DNA from: an uncultured Actinomycetes bacterium
GTDB lineage: Bacteria; Actinomycetota; Actinomycetes; S36-B12; CAIYMF01
DNA: 32,000 bases
Assembly (NCBI GenBank): GCA_963843975.1
Contig: CAWJMG010000003.1
Location: 2,070,001-2,102,000, forward strand
Direction of reading: 5' to 3'
In this document: in pieces, positions 1 to 7,866 of the stretch
Numbering within the stretch: position 1 is the first letter of the stretch
Layout of the letters: every line of letters starts with the position of its first letter
Program-made: the position numbers and the translations under genes
The notes under the pieces: model-generated
Databases searched by the model: none
Told to the model about the DNA's origin: nothing
The model's input: the letters and a program-made list of their open reading frames with translations, nothing else

Positions 1-527
1 AGCGCGTCCGGCGTGCCGAGGTCGAGGCGCGTCTCGCGCAGCGCGGCCGTGATGCGTCCGGCGGCGCCGTCCACCTCGCCGCGCTGCTCGGTCCACGAGC
101 GGTGGATCGAGGTGATCAGCTGCCCGAACGACGGCATCCCGTGCCGAGGCTGGGGCGGGAAGTAGGTGCCGGCGTAGAAGGGCTCGCCGCGCGGCGTCAT
201 GAACACCGTCATCGGCCAGCCCCCGCTGCCGGTGAGGGCCTGCGTCGCGCTCATGTAGACGGCGTCGACGTCGGGCCGTTCCTCGCGGTCGACCTTGATC
301 GCGACGAACCGGCCGCTCAGGAAGTTCGCGATCCGCTCGTCCTCGAACGACTCGTGCGCCATCACGTGGCACCAGTGGCACGCGGCGTACCCGACGCTCA
401 GCAGGATCGGCAGGTCGAGACGACGCGCCTCCTCGAAGGCCTCGTCCGACCACTCCCACCAGTCGACCGGGTTGTCCTGGTGCTGCAGGAGGTACGGCGA
501 GGTCGCGGACGCGAGTCTGTTCGGCAC
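1..527 (-). CDS. Thioredoxin-domain protein (DUF255 / YyaL / SSP411-like), N-terminal part. The C-terminus lies beyond the window start.
   Basis: Not in the ORF track, so I translated the minus strand by hand: VPNRLASATSPYLLQHQDNPVDWWEWSDEAFEEARRLDLPILLSVGYAACHWCHVMAHESFEDERIANFLSGRFVAIKVDREERPDVDAVYMSATQALTGSGGWPMTVFMTPRGEPFYAGTYFPP... This is the hallmark N-terminus of the family, including the CHWCH motif. GTG start at 527..525. An in-frame stop at 584..582 bounds the start. Confidence 0.85.
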   Translation of the reverse strand, partial: MPNRLASATSPYLLQHQDNPVDWWEWSDEAFEEARRLDLPILLSVGYAACHWCHVMAHESFEDERIANFLSGRFVAIKVDREERPDVDAVYMSATQALTGSGGWPMTVFMTPRGEPFYAGTYFPPQPRHGMPSFGQLITSIHRSWTEQRGEVDGAAGRITAALRETRLDLGTPDA

Positions 528-603
528 GCGCCCATCCTCACCCAGCTGGTACGCGGCCGCTCCCCCGGCGCCGACCCCGGATCATCCCGGCTGCGCCCGG
601 AGG

Positions 604-910
604 TCAGGTCGGCAGGCGGCCGTCGCCGTACGTCGTGACGATCTCGCTCACGACGATCCGGTAGCCGTCGTACCAGCGCGCGACCTGGCCCTTGGCCTCG
701 AGGTGCTGCGGGAAGCGGGAGAAGCTCGGCCAGCGCCTCGCGGTCGGCGAAGTAGTACGTCGCGTTGACCGTCCGCCCGTCCGCGGACTGCCAGGACTCG
801 ACCCGGTCGAAGCCGGGAAGGCTCCGCGCGAAGGCCTCGATGGCTCCGTCGAGGCGGTGGAACTCGTCGTCGTACTCACCGGGCATGAAGATGAACTGGA
901 CGCAGATCAT
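604..910 (-). pseudogene. ABM (antibiotic biosynthesis monooxygenase-like) domain protein, interrupted by a +1 frameshift at 721..727.
   Basis: Frame 1 (from ATG 910) reads MICVQFIFMPGEYDDEFHRLDGAIEAFARSLPGFDRVESWQSADGRTVNATYYFADREALAEL and then turns into Arg/Pro junk. Frame 2 continues SRFPQHLEAKGQVARWYDGYRIVVSEIVTTYGDGRLPT* and ends at 604. The span is 307 nt (102 codons + 1). Deleting one T from gene-strand GAGCTTC restores a 101-aa ABM-like protein. The ATG overlaps the upstream B3/4 stop (ATGA). Confidence 0.7.
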
Positions 911-1683
911 GCGCTCTCCCGAGGCCCGGTCGACAGGTCAGGTCCGGCACCGAGGAGGCGCCAGGCCACCTCGACGCCCGGTGCGTCGGCGCGCAGGTGG
1001 GTCACGAGAGCCTCACCTGCTGCGTGCAGGTGTCCTTCCTCGACCGGCTCGAGCCCGTCGAGGATGAACAGGATGTCCTCAGTGGTCCCGTCAAGACGCG
1101 TGCGCACGCACTGACGCCAGTTCCAGCGACGGCAGGTCACACCGAGGTCGTCGCGCCAGACGACCTCGCCCTGGTCGGCGGTGACGACGACCTGCTCGCC
1201 GTCGGCGACCGTGTCGAACGCCTCGTCCCCGACCGCCCGCACGAGGCGCGGAAGTCCGACGTAGCGCGCGAGGTTCTCGCCGCCGATCGGGATGAGGTGC
1301 TCGACCGAGACCGCGTTGTAGAGGTCGGTGAGGCGGTCGATGCGCGGAAGCCCGGCGTCGAGCCGTCGCACCAGGGCCTCGACGCTGCTGCGGGCCTGGC
1401 GCGGCTTCACGCCGAAGCCGAGGAAGGCCTCGCGCCACGATGCGATCTCGGGCAGCGACTCCGGGGCAGCGCCGTCGAGCCGGCTGCGAACCGACTCCTC
1501 GGCCTGCCGCAGCGCGGCCTCGCTCCGCTCGTCGCTGGGTCCGCCACGCACCCCGCGCGCCACGATCAGCAGTGCGCGGTAGTCGGGACGCAGGGCGAGC
1601 ACGGCGTCGTCGATGCTCGCCGCTGCGAGGACTGCGTTCGGCGAGGTGCTTCCCGCGCTCGTCACGTCCGGTCCGGCCGGCAT
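907..1683 (-). CDS. B3/4 domain-containing protein (PheT B3/B4-like, COG3382 type).
   Basis: This is the C-terminal 258 aa of the 423-aa track ORF: MPAGPDVTSAG...ASWREAFLGFGVKPRQARSSVEALVRRLDAGLPRIDRLTDLYNAVSVEHLIPIGGENL...TCRRWNWRQCVRTRL. ATG at 1683..1681 overlaps the restored DinB stop (TGATG). High GC3. Confidence 0.8.
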   Translation of the reverse strand: MPAGPDVTSAGSTSPNAVLAAASIDDAVLALRPDYRALLIVARGVRGGPSDERSEAALRQAEESVRSRLDGAAPESLPEIASWREAFLGFGVKPRQARSSVEALVRRLDAGLPRIDRLTDLYNAVSVEHLIPIGGENLARYVGLPRLVRAVGDEAFDTVADGEQVVVTADQGEVVWRDDLGVTCRRWNWRQCVRTRLDGTTEDILFILDGLEPVEEGHLHAAGEALVTHLRADAPGVEVAWRLLGAGPDLSTGPRESA

Positions 1684-2178
1684 CAGGTGCGGGGGGCGAG
1701 GATCTGCTCGCGCAGGATGTCGCCGTGGCCCGCATGCCGGGCGAAGCTCGCGGATCATGTGCGCGTACACCCAGCGCAGGGTGAGCGGGCTGCGCCGGTT
1801 GTGCAGCACGAGGTCGTCGAGGCCGTACGACCCCGCGATGCCGTTCGACTCCGCGCACGCCTCGCGGTACGCCGCGAGCAGCGACCCGACCGTGTCGCCG
1901 TCGTCGAGCCGCCAGCTGTCGTCCGCCTCCTCGGGGATGCCGAGCTCGGCCCGGGTGCGCCCCGCGAGCCCGACCTGGAACCACACCTGCTCGACGAACG
2001 TGCAGTGCTTCACCAGCGACGCGAGCGTCGTCAGCGACGGCACGAGGCTGCGCCGCGCCTGCTCCTCGGTGAGGCCCTCGAGCAGCTCGGCGATCTCGAG
2101 GCGCTGGTCGTCGACGAACGCCTGCAGCGTCGTGCGCTCGTCAGCGCGCAGCACGTCGTCGGTGCCGAGCTCTGCCAT
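1683..2178 (-). pseudogene. DinB / DUF664 family (mycothiol-transferase-like) protein with a +1 frameshift at 1743..1749. As sequenced it reads through into the B3/4 gene as a 423-aa chimera.
   Basis: The N-terminal 145 aa (…LASLVKHCTFVEQVWF…LTLRWVYAHMIREL) match the DinB/DUF664 pattern. The family C-terminus ARHAGHGDILREQILAPRT* is present but in the +1 frame. The span is 496 nt (165 codons + 1). Removing one T of GAGCTTC restores a 164-aa protein. Confidence 0.75.
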
Positions 2179-2200
2179 GGCCTGCCTTCCGTCGTACGTG

Positions 2201-2842
2201 TCAGCGCGACGCGGTGGCGACGCGCAGGCCGAGCAGGATCAGCACCGAGCCGCTGACGTAGTCGATGCGCCGGCGGATCTTGGTGCGGCTGAACCAGGTG
2301 CTGGCGCGACCGACGGCGAGGGCGAGGCCGAGGTAGAGCACCGTCTCGACGGTGACCTGGATCGTCGCGAGCACCATCGTCGTGGCGAGCACCGGGCCGT
2401 CGTGCGGCACGAACTGAGGGTAGAAGGCGAACATGAAGGCCGCCGCCTTGGGGTTGGCGAGCTGGACGAGCAGCCCTTCGAAGAAAGCGCCGCGGCTGGA
2501 GTGAGGCTTCGGCGGCTCGGGCAGCGCCTCGACGCCGCCCTGGTCGCGCAGCCTCCAGCCGGCACGGAGCGACTTCACGCCGAGGTACACGAGGAACGCC
2601 GCGCCCACGACCTTGAGCACGAGGAACGCCGTCTCCGACGCCGCGACGAGCGCGGCCAGACCAGCACCGGCGGCCAGCGCCCAGAGCCACAGGCCCAGCT
2701 CGAGGCCGAGGACGGTCGGCACCGCGGCGCGGAACCCGTGCAGCCCGGCCCGCTGGAAGATCAGCGCCATCGCCGGGCCGGGGCTCGCGGCGATCACGAG
2801 CACCGCGACGAGGAACGCCGGGAGCACGGAGAGGATGTCCAC
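2201..2842 (-). CDS. LysE/RhtB family amino-acid exporter.
   Basis: VDILSVLPAFLVAVLVIAASPGPAMALIFQRAGLHGFRAAV…ANPKAAAFMFAFYPQFV…: typical LysE family motifs and about 6 TM segments. GTG start at 2842 chosen at the family N-terminus. The track ORF extends upstream as an Arg/Pro-rich shadow. Confidence 0.85.
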   Translation of the reverse strand: MDILSVLPAFLVAVLVIAASPGPAMALIFQRAGLHGFRAAVPTVLGLELGLWLWALAAGAGLAALVAASETAFLVLKVVGAAFLVYLGVKSLRAGWRLRDQGGVEALPEPPKPHSSRGAFFEGLLVQLANPKAAAFMFAFYPQFVPHDGPVLATTMVLATIQVTVETVLYLGLALAVGRASTWFSRTKIRRRIDYVSGSVLILLGLRVATASR

Positions 2843-2945
2843 GGCGCGATTCTGGCAGCGATGGTCCCGTGAGGTCCTGCGCGTTCTCGTCGGACATGCA
2901 GGAGCCGGGGCCGCTGGGAGGCGGCCCCGGCTCCTTCGTGCCTCG

Positions 2946-3494
2946 TCAGCCGAGCGCAGGTCGCCCGAAGGTAGGAGCCTCCGACCGGGACGCGGACAGC
3001 GTGACGAGCGAGCCGGGACCGGCGACGGGAGGAGAGTCCACGCCGGCACGGCCCAGGTGGTGGGCCTCAGGGTCGAGCAGGGACGTGCGCACCGTGCTCG
3101 GGGCAGCCACGCCCATCGCCTCGGCCGAGGTCGCCGCCCCCGCGGCCCGCGCTGCAGCAGCCCGTGCCCGCAGCTCGCCGCTGCGGAAGTGGGCCTCCCT
3201 CGGCAAGGTGGCCGGGACGCCGGTGACCGGCACCGTCTGCGGCCGGGGGACGACCGAGCGGGCGCCGTACGCGTGCGTCTCCGGGTCGGGGCCCGTGGTG
3301 CGGTGGATGGCCGCGGAGGTCCCGGCGGCTCCCGCCGGCGCGGACCCGCTGTCGGCACGTGAGCCGATGAGCGCGCCGGCGGCGAGCCCGATCAGGAGGG
3401 CGATGACGGCGACGACGGCGAACGCCGAGATGTCGAGGTCTGACCGACGCGGTGTGAAGGACGGCGCAGGGGCGGTGAGGGGCATCGCGTTCAT
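2946..3494 (-). CDS. Hypothetical membrane-anchored protein (short N-terminus, one TM, Ala/Pro-rich extracytoplasmic part).
   Basis: ATG at 3494 with GGAG 7 nt upstream. Very high GC3 in this frame. TM segment ISAFAVVAVIALLIGLAAGALIG. I recognise no family. Confidence 0.55.
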   Translation of the reverse strand: MNAMPLTAPAPSFTPRRSDLDISAFAVVAVIALLIGLAAGALIGSRADSGSAPAGAAGTSAAIHRTTGPDPETHAYGARSVVPRPQTVPVTGVPATLPREAHFRSGELRARAAAARAAGAATSAEAMGVAAPSTVRTSLLDPEAHHLGRAGVDSPPVAGPGSLVTLSASRSEAPTFGRPALG

Positions 3495-3651
3495 GTCGGG
3501 CTCCGGTGGCTCGGGGATCCGGGGAGGGCGGATCCGTCATGAAGGACGCTAGATTTCGGGCCCTGCGGCCCGCGTCAGGGGAATCCCTCGACCTTGGCCC
3601 GGAGGCCCCGAAGCACCGTTGAGGCCGACGTCCAGGTGTCACAGTGACGAC

Positions 3652-6315
3652 GTGATAGTCGGACGCGATCTGGAGAAGCAGGCGGTCGAGGGCCTGGTCA
3701 CCTCGGCATGCGACGGTCAGGCTTCTGTGCTGCTGCTCGTCGGATTGCCTGGCATCGGCAAGACCTCGCTCCTCGACCACGCCGAAGAGGCAGCCGCCGC
3801 CAGAGGAATGTCCGTGTGGCGCCTGACCGCCGTCGAGGCCGAATCGGGCATCAGCGGCTCGGGCCTCAGCCTGCTGGGGCCGGTGGCATCGGACGACAGG
3901 CTCATGAGCCCGTGGGGCCTGCTCGATGTCCTCGCCACGGCTGCCGCGGACAATCCGCTGCTGCTCGCGGTCGACGACGCACACTGGCTCGACGAGGTGT
4001 CGCTCACAGCGCTGGGCTTCGCCTGCCGACGGCTCCAGTACGACGCGGTCGCTGTCGTCATGACTGCTCGGCCGGAGATCGACCTGCGCCACGAACTCTC
4101 CGGCGTCGGACGGATCGAGGTCGGTCCGCTGACGGACGACGAAGCCAGCGCCCTCCTCGTGCACACGTCGCCGGGGATGCCCGTCGACGTCGCCCGCTCG
4201 ATCGCCGCGTCCCTCGGTTGCGTCCCGCTGGCGCTGGTCGAGGCCCCCGCCCTGCTCCCGCTCGACATGCTCGAGGGCAGGACGGCGGTCACCTCGCCCC
4301 TCCCGGTAGGGCGTTCGATCACCGCCAGGTACGCGCGGGGCATCGACTCCCTTCCCGAGGCCACTCGCCGCGCTCTGGTGATCGCGTCGGCCAGTGACTC
4401 CGGCAGCGCGGCGACCATCGCCGAGGCGCTCGACCTCGCCGGGCTGTCCCCGGGGGACCTCGTGCCGGCGCACAAGGAGGGACTCGTCCTCCTCGACGGC
4501 GGATTCCGGTTCCGGCATCCGCTCGTGAGGTCCGCAGTCCACGCGGCGGCCCGCGACAGCGAGCGCCGGGACGCCCATCTCGTCCTGGCGGCGGTGGCCA
4601 GCCGCCAGGGCGACGAGGACGCCCGGCTGCGGCATGCGTCGGAAGCCGCGCTCGTGCCTGACGAGGCTCTCGCGGCCGGCCTCGAGGGGCGCGCTCCGGA
4701 GGTCGCGCGACGATGCGGCGGAGCCGCAGCCGCAGCCGCGCTCGAGCGCGCAGCCGAGCTCTCACCTGTCGTCGCTGACCGATGGCGCAGGTTGGTGGGT
4801 TCGCTCGAGCTCGCTGGCGCTGCGCCCGCGAGCGCGCGGCATGCCCACGAGGTGCTCGAGCAGTGCGCGGACCCCGAACTGCGCGCTCGTGCAGCCCTCG
4901 TCCTCGCGGACGAGCACCTCCCGGCCGCGGCGGCAGGGCTCCTCCTCGAGGATGCGTTGCGGGACCTGCCCCGGGGGGAGATCGCGGACGGGCTGATGGT
5001 TCTGCGGGCGCGCCTGGCGATGCACCAGCTGGACCTGCCTGCGTTGGATCGGATCGCCGAGCAGCTCCTGTCCTGGGAGGCGGACCAGCCCCTGTCCTGG
5101 AGGTGCGCGGGGACCGTCGGTGAGATCGCCACCTTCCGCGGTCGGCACCGCGAGGCTCGGGAGTGGATGCGGCGGGCGGTGCGTGACTCCGCCACCGATG
5201 ACGCCGACTCGCTCCCGCTCTACTCCTTGTTCGACTGGGTGGTCGTCGCCAACCACGTAGGCGAGGAATGCATGAACGACCCGCCGACCGCGGTGCGCCG
5301 GGCCGCCGCGTCACGCCGTTTCCGGGCGACCCGCGACCCGATCTGGATGGGGCTCGACGAGATGCTCGCCAGCGAGGCGGCACGCCGTGCGGGCAACCCG
5401 ACCCTCGCCGCGGTGACCGCCCGGTCGGCCCTCGGCTACGGCCCGGACACGGGAGGGCTCCGCACAGCGCTGCTGTCGCGTCTCGCGCAGGTCCTCGGCT
5501 CCGTCGGCGACGAGGCCGGTGCGCTCGCTGTGGCCGACGAGCTCGACAGCTACGCCGAGCTGCTCGACATGCCGTGGGAGGGCCTGTGGTCGCACTACGC
5601 GCGAGGGGTGCTGCACTTGGCGACTGGCCGTGCGGACGCCGCAGTTGTGGCGCTCGCGCGCTTCGACGGGATCGGTTATCTGGGTCGCGGGGTCCGGGAC
5701 GCGGTCGCCACGTCTCTCGTCATTCTCGTCGAGGCCTTCGCCGCCTCCGGTCGGGATTCCGACGCGCTTCGCGTCGCCGGCGACCTCGAGCGGTGGTTGG
5801 ACGGCTCGGCAGACCCTCTGGCCGCGGCCTTCGTCCACAGGGCCCACGCACTGGCCGGCACCGATGATCCGGATGTGCGCTTCACGACCTCGGCCCTGCA
5901 CCACCGCGCCACGGACGACCCGTTCGAGCTCGCACGAACCCTTCTCCTGCATGGGGAGTGGCTGCGTCGCAACCGGCGGCCCGCCGACTCGCGCATTCCG
6001 TTGCGGGAGTCGGCTGTGATCTTCGAGCGCCTGGGGGCGGCCACGTGGGCGGCACGGGCGCACAGCGAGCTGGCCGCCACCGGAGAGACGCGCGCACCCC
6101 TCGGGGGGTCCACTGCGGCGGCCGACCTGACGCCTCAGGAGCTCCGCATCGCCCTTGCCGTCGCCGAGGGCCTCAGCAACAACGAGATCGCGGCCGCGGT
6201 GTTCCTCAGCGTGAAGACCATCGAGACCCATCTGACGCGGCTCTACCGGAAGCTGGGCGTGCGCTCGCGGGCGGGCGTGGCCAAGGCGCTCGCCGAAGCC
6301 GGCATCGCCGCGTGA
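3652..6315 (+). CDS. Large ATP-binding LuxR-family regulator (LAL/MalT-like: N-terminal P-loop NTPase, helical/TPR-like middle, C-terminal LuxR HTH).
   Basis: Walker A GLPGIGKTSLL. C-terminal LTPQELRIALAVAEGLSNNEIAAAVFLSVKTIETHLTRLYRKLGV is a canonical LuxR/FixJ HTH. GTG 3652 (VIVGRDLEKQ…) fits the family N-terminus. The track start at 3619 is a TTG and is an alternative. Confidence 0.85.
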   Translation: MIVGRDLEKQAVEGLVTSACDGQASVLLLVGLPGIGKTSLLDHAEEAAAARGMSVWRLTAVEAESGISGSGLSLLGPVASDDRLMSPWGLLDVLATAAADNPLLLAVDDAHWLDEVSLTALGFACRRLQYDAVAVVMTARPEIDLRHELSGVGRIEVGPLTDDEASALLVHTSPGMPVDVARSIAASLGCVPLALVEAPALLPLDMLEGRTAVTSPLPVGRSITARYARGIDSLPEATRRALVIASASDSGSAATIAEALDLAGLSPGDLVPAHKEGLVLLDGGFRFRHPLVRSAVHAAARDSERRDAHLVLAAVASRQGDEDARLRHASEAALVPDEALAAGLEGRAPEVARRCGGAAAAAALERAAELSPVVADRWRRLVGSLELAGAAPASARHAHEVLEQCADPELRARAALVLADEHLPAAAAGLLLEDALRDLPRGEIADGLMVLRARLAMHQLDLPALDRIAEQLLSWEADQPLSWRCAGTVGEIATFRGRHREAREWMRRAVRDSATDDADSLPLYSLFDWVVVANHVGEECMNDPPTAVRRAAASRRFRATRDPIWMGLDEMLASEAARRAGNPTLAAVTARSALGYGPDTGGLRTALLSRLAQVLGSVGDEAGALAVADELDSYAELLDMPWEGLWSHYARGVLHLATGRADAAVVALARFDGIGYLGRGVRDAVATSLVILVEAFAASGRDSDALRVAGDLERWLDGSADPLAAAFVHRAHALAGTDDPDVRFTTSALHHRATDDPFELARTLLLHGEWLRRNRRPADSRIPLRESAVIFERLGAATWAARAHSELAATGETRAPLGGSTAAADLTPQELRIALAVAEGLSNNEIAAAVFLSVKTIETHLTRLYRKLGVRSRAGVAKALAEAGIAA

Positions 6316-6341
6316 GGCCTGCGCGCAGGACGCGCAGCGGG

Positions 6342-6363
6342 CCCGGCTCCTCGTGAGGAGCCG
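6342..6363. terminator. GC-rich hairpin between the convergent LuxR regulator and aminotransferase genes (candidate bidirectional terminator).
   Basis: CCGGCTCCTC gt GAGGAGCCGG gives 10-bp complementary arms, extendable with one mismatch to GGGC…ACCC. No clear U-tract. Confidence 0.4.
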
Positions 6364-6387
6364 GACCCGAGCAGTGCAGGTGATGCG

Positions 6388-7812
6388 TCAGCCGCGCAGG
6401 GCCTCGGCGAGCTCGCGGAACTCCTCGACGAGCAGGCCCATGTCGTCGGGCGTGTGGGCCAGCGACACGAGCCACTGCTCGTCGAGCCCGGGCGGGGTGA
6501 GGATTCCGCGGTTGACGCCCCACAGCCACGACAGCTCGGCCGCGCCGAAGTCGGTGCGCTTGTAGTCGCGGTAGTTGCGGACGGGCTTGGCCGACCAGGT
6601 GACCGCGCCCTTCACACCGAAGCCGACAGTGTGGGCCGGCAGCGCGTGGGTCGTGATGATCTCGTCCATCTGGCGCAGCGCGCCGACGTTGAGCGCCTTG
6701 GCGGTCGCCAGGGCGTCCGGGGTCGCGATCTCGTCGATGGCCACCGCGGCCGCCATGACGAGCGGGTTGCCGTTGTAGGTGCCGAAGTGCGGCATGCGGC
6801 CGTCGGTGACGCAGGCCATGACCTCGGCGCTGCCGCCGAAGGCCGCGAGCGGGAGGCCGCCACCGATGCTCTTGGCGAGGCAGACCAGATCCGGCGTGAC
6901 GCCGAGCCGGTGCGAGGCACCGGCGTACCCGGCCGTGAGCCCGGTCTTGACCTCGTCGAAGACCAGCAGCGAGCCGTGGGCGTCGCACATCGCGCGGACG
7001 GCCGCGAGGTAGCCCTCGTCGGGAACGACGATGCCGATGTTCTCGAGCACGGGCTCCATGAAGACGCAGGCGATCTCGGAGCCGTGCTGCTCGAAGAGCT
7101 GCCCGAGGCGGACGAGGTCGTTGTACGGGACGACGTGGACGGTGCCGGCCTCGACCTCGAACGGCGTGACCGGGGTCGGCGCGTCCTCGGGGCCGGCGTC
7201 GGCGACGTCGGGCTTCACGGAGACCTGCAGCGCGTCGTAGCCGCCGTGGTAGCCGCCCTCGATCTTGATGATCGCCTTGCGGTTGGTGAAAGCGCGCGCG
7301 GTGCGCAGCGCGTACATCGTGGACTCGGTGCCCGAGTTGGTGAAGCGCAGCTGGTCGAGGCCGAACCGGCGCTGGAAGCGCTCGGCGGCGTCGGTGGCCG
7401 ACGGCGACGGCGTCACGAACAGCGTGCCGGTCTCGAGCGCCTCGGTCACCGCCGCGACGATGGCCGGGTTGAGGTGGCCGACGAGCATCGCGCCGAAGCC
7501 CATCGACAGGTCGAGCAGCTTGCGGCCGTCGACGTCCGTGAGCCACGCGCCCTGCGCCGACGTGACGGCGACGGGGTACGGGTCCCAGTGCTGGAACGAC
7601 GACGGCACGCCGAGCGGCAGCGAGCCCAGCGCGCGCTCGTGGTGCGCGCCCGACTTCGGCGTGATGGCCGAGAACCGCTCCCACTCCGCGGCGAGCAGCG
7701 CCTGCACCCGGGCCGAGTCGAGCGGCGCGGACGAGGTCGGCACGACGCGCCAGGTGGCAGGGTCGTGGGCCGGCCAGGTCACCTGGGTCTCGACGGTCGT
7801 GTCCTGGGTCAT
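6388..7812 (-). CDS. Class-III (omega/GSA-like) PLP-dependent aminotransferase.
   Basis: 474 aa. Motifs: …LSMGFGAMLVGHLNP…RFTNSGTESTMYALRTARAFT…IIKIEGGYHGG…LVFDEVKTGL…LVCLAKSIGGGLP (PLP-lysine context). RBS ACGGAGG lies 5 nt before the ATG. Confidence 0.9.
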   Translation of the reverse strand: MTQDTTVETQVTWPAHDPATWRVVPTSSAPLDSARVQALLAAEWERFSAITPKSGAHHERALGSLPLGVPSSFQHWDPYPVAVTSAQGAWLTDVDGRKLLDLSMGFGAMLVGHLNPAIVAAVTEALETGTLFVTPSPSATDAAERFQRRFGLDQLRFTNSGTESTMYALRTARAFTNRKAIIKIEGGYHGGYDALQVSVKPDVADAGPEDAPTPVTPFEVEAGTVHVVPYNDLVRLGQLFEQHGSEIACVFMEPVLENIGIVVPDEGYLAAVRAMCDAHGSLLVFDEVKTGLTAGYAGASHRLGVTPDLVCLAKSIGGGLPLAAFGGSAEVMACVTDGRMPHFGTYNGNPLVMAAAVAIDEIATPDALATAKALNVGALRQMDEIITTHALPAHTVGFGVKGAVTWSAKPVRNYRDYKRTDFGAAELSWLWGVNRGILTPPGLDEQWLVSLAHTPDDMGLLVEEFRELAEALRG

Positions 7813-7866
7813 CCGAGCCTCCGTTGGCTGCGCAGTGCGGGCCCCGGAATCGTAGACCGTCCCGGT

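Noticed and set aside
907-2178. The 423-aa ORF read as a genuine DinB-B3/4 fusion protein.
   Set aside because: The conserved DinB C-terminus and its stop codon are present in the +1 frame, and the B3/4 gene has its own ATG overlapping that stop. The linker (RPACGPRRHPARADPRPPHL) looks like off-frame sequence.
2869-3552. 227-aa plus-strand ORF opposite the hypothetical membrane protein.
   Set aside because: The minus-strand frame has much stronger third-position GC bias, an ATG with GGAG upstream and a clean TM segment. The plus-strand frame has none of these.
3067-5383. Multiple 350-520 aa minus-strand ORFs inside the LuxR regulator gene.
   Set aside because: Arg/Pro-rich shadow frames. 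The plus-strand frame carries a Walker A motif and a canonical LuxR HTH.
6317-6328. 12-nt perfect palindrome CCTGCGCGCAGG just after the LuxR stop.
   Set aside because: It is short and GC-only, so it is expected by chance at this composition. The adjacent 10-bp-arm hairpin at 6342..6363 is the better terminator candidate.
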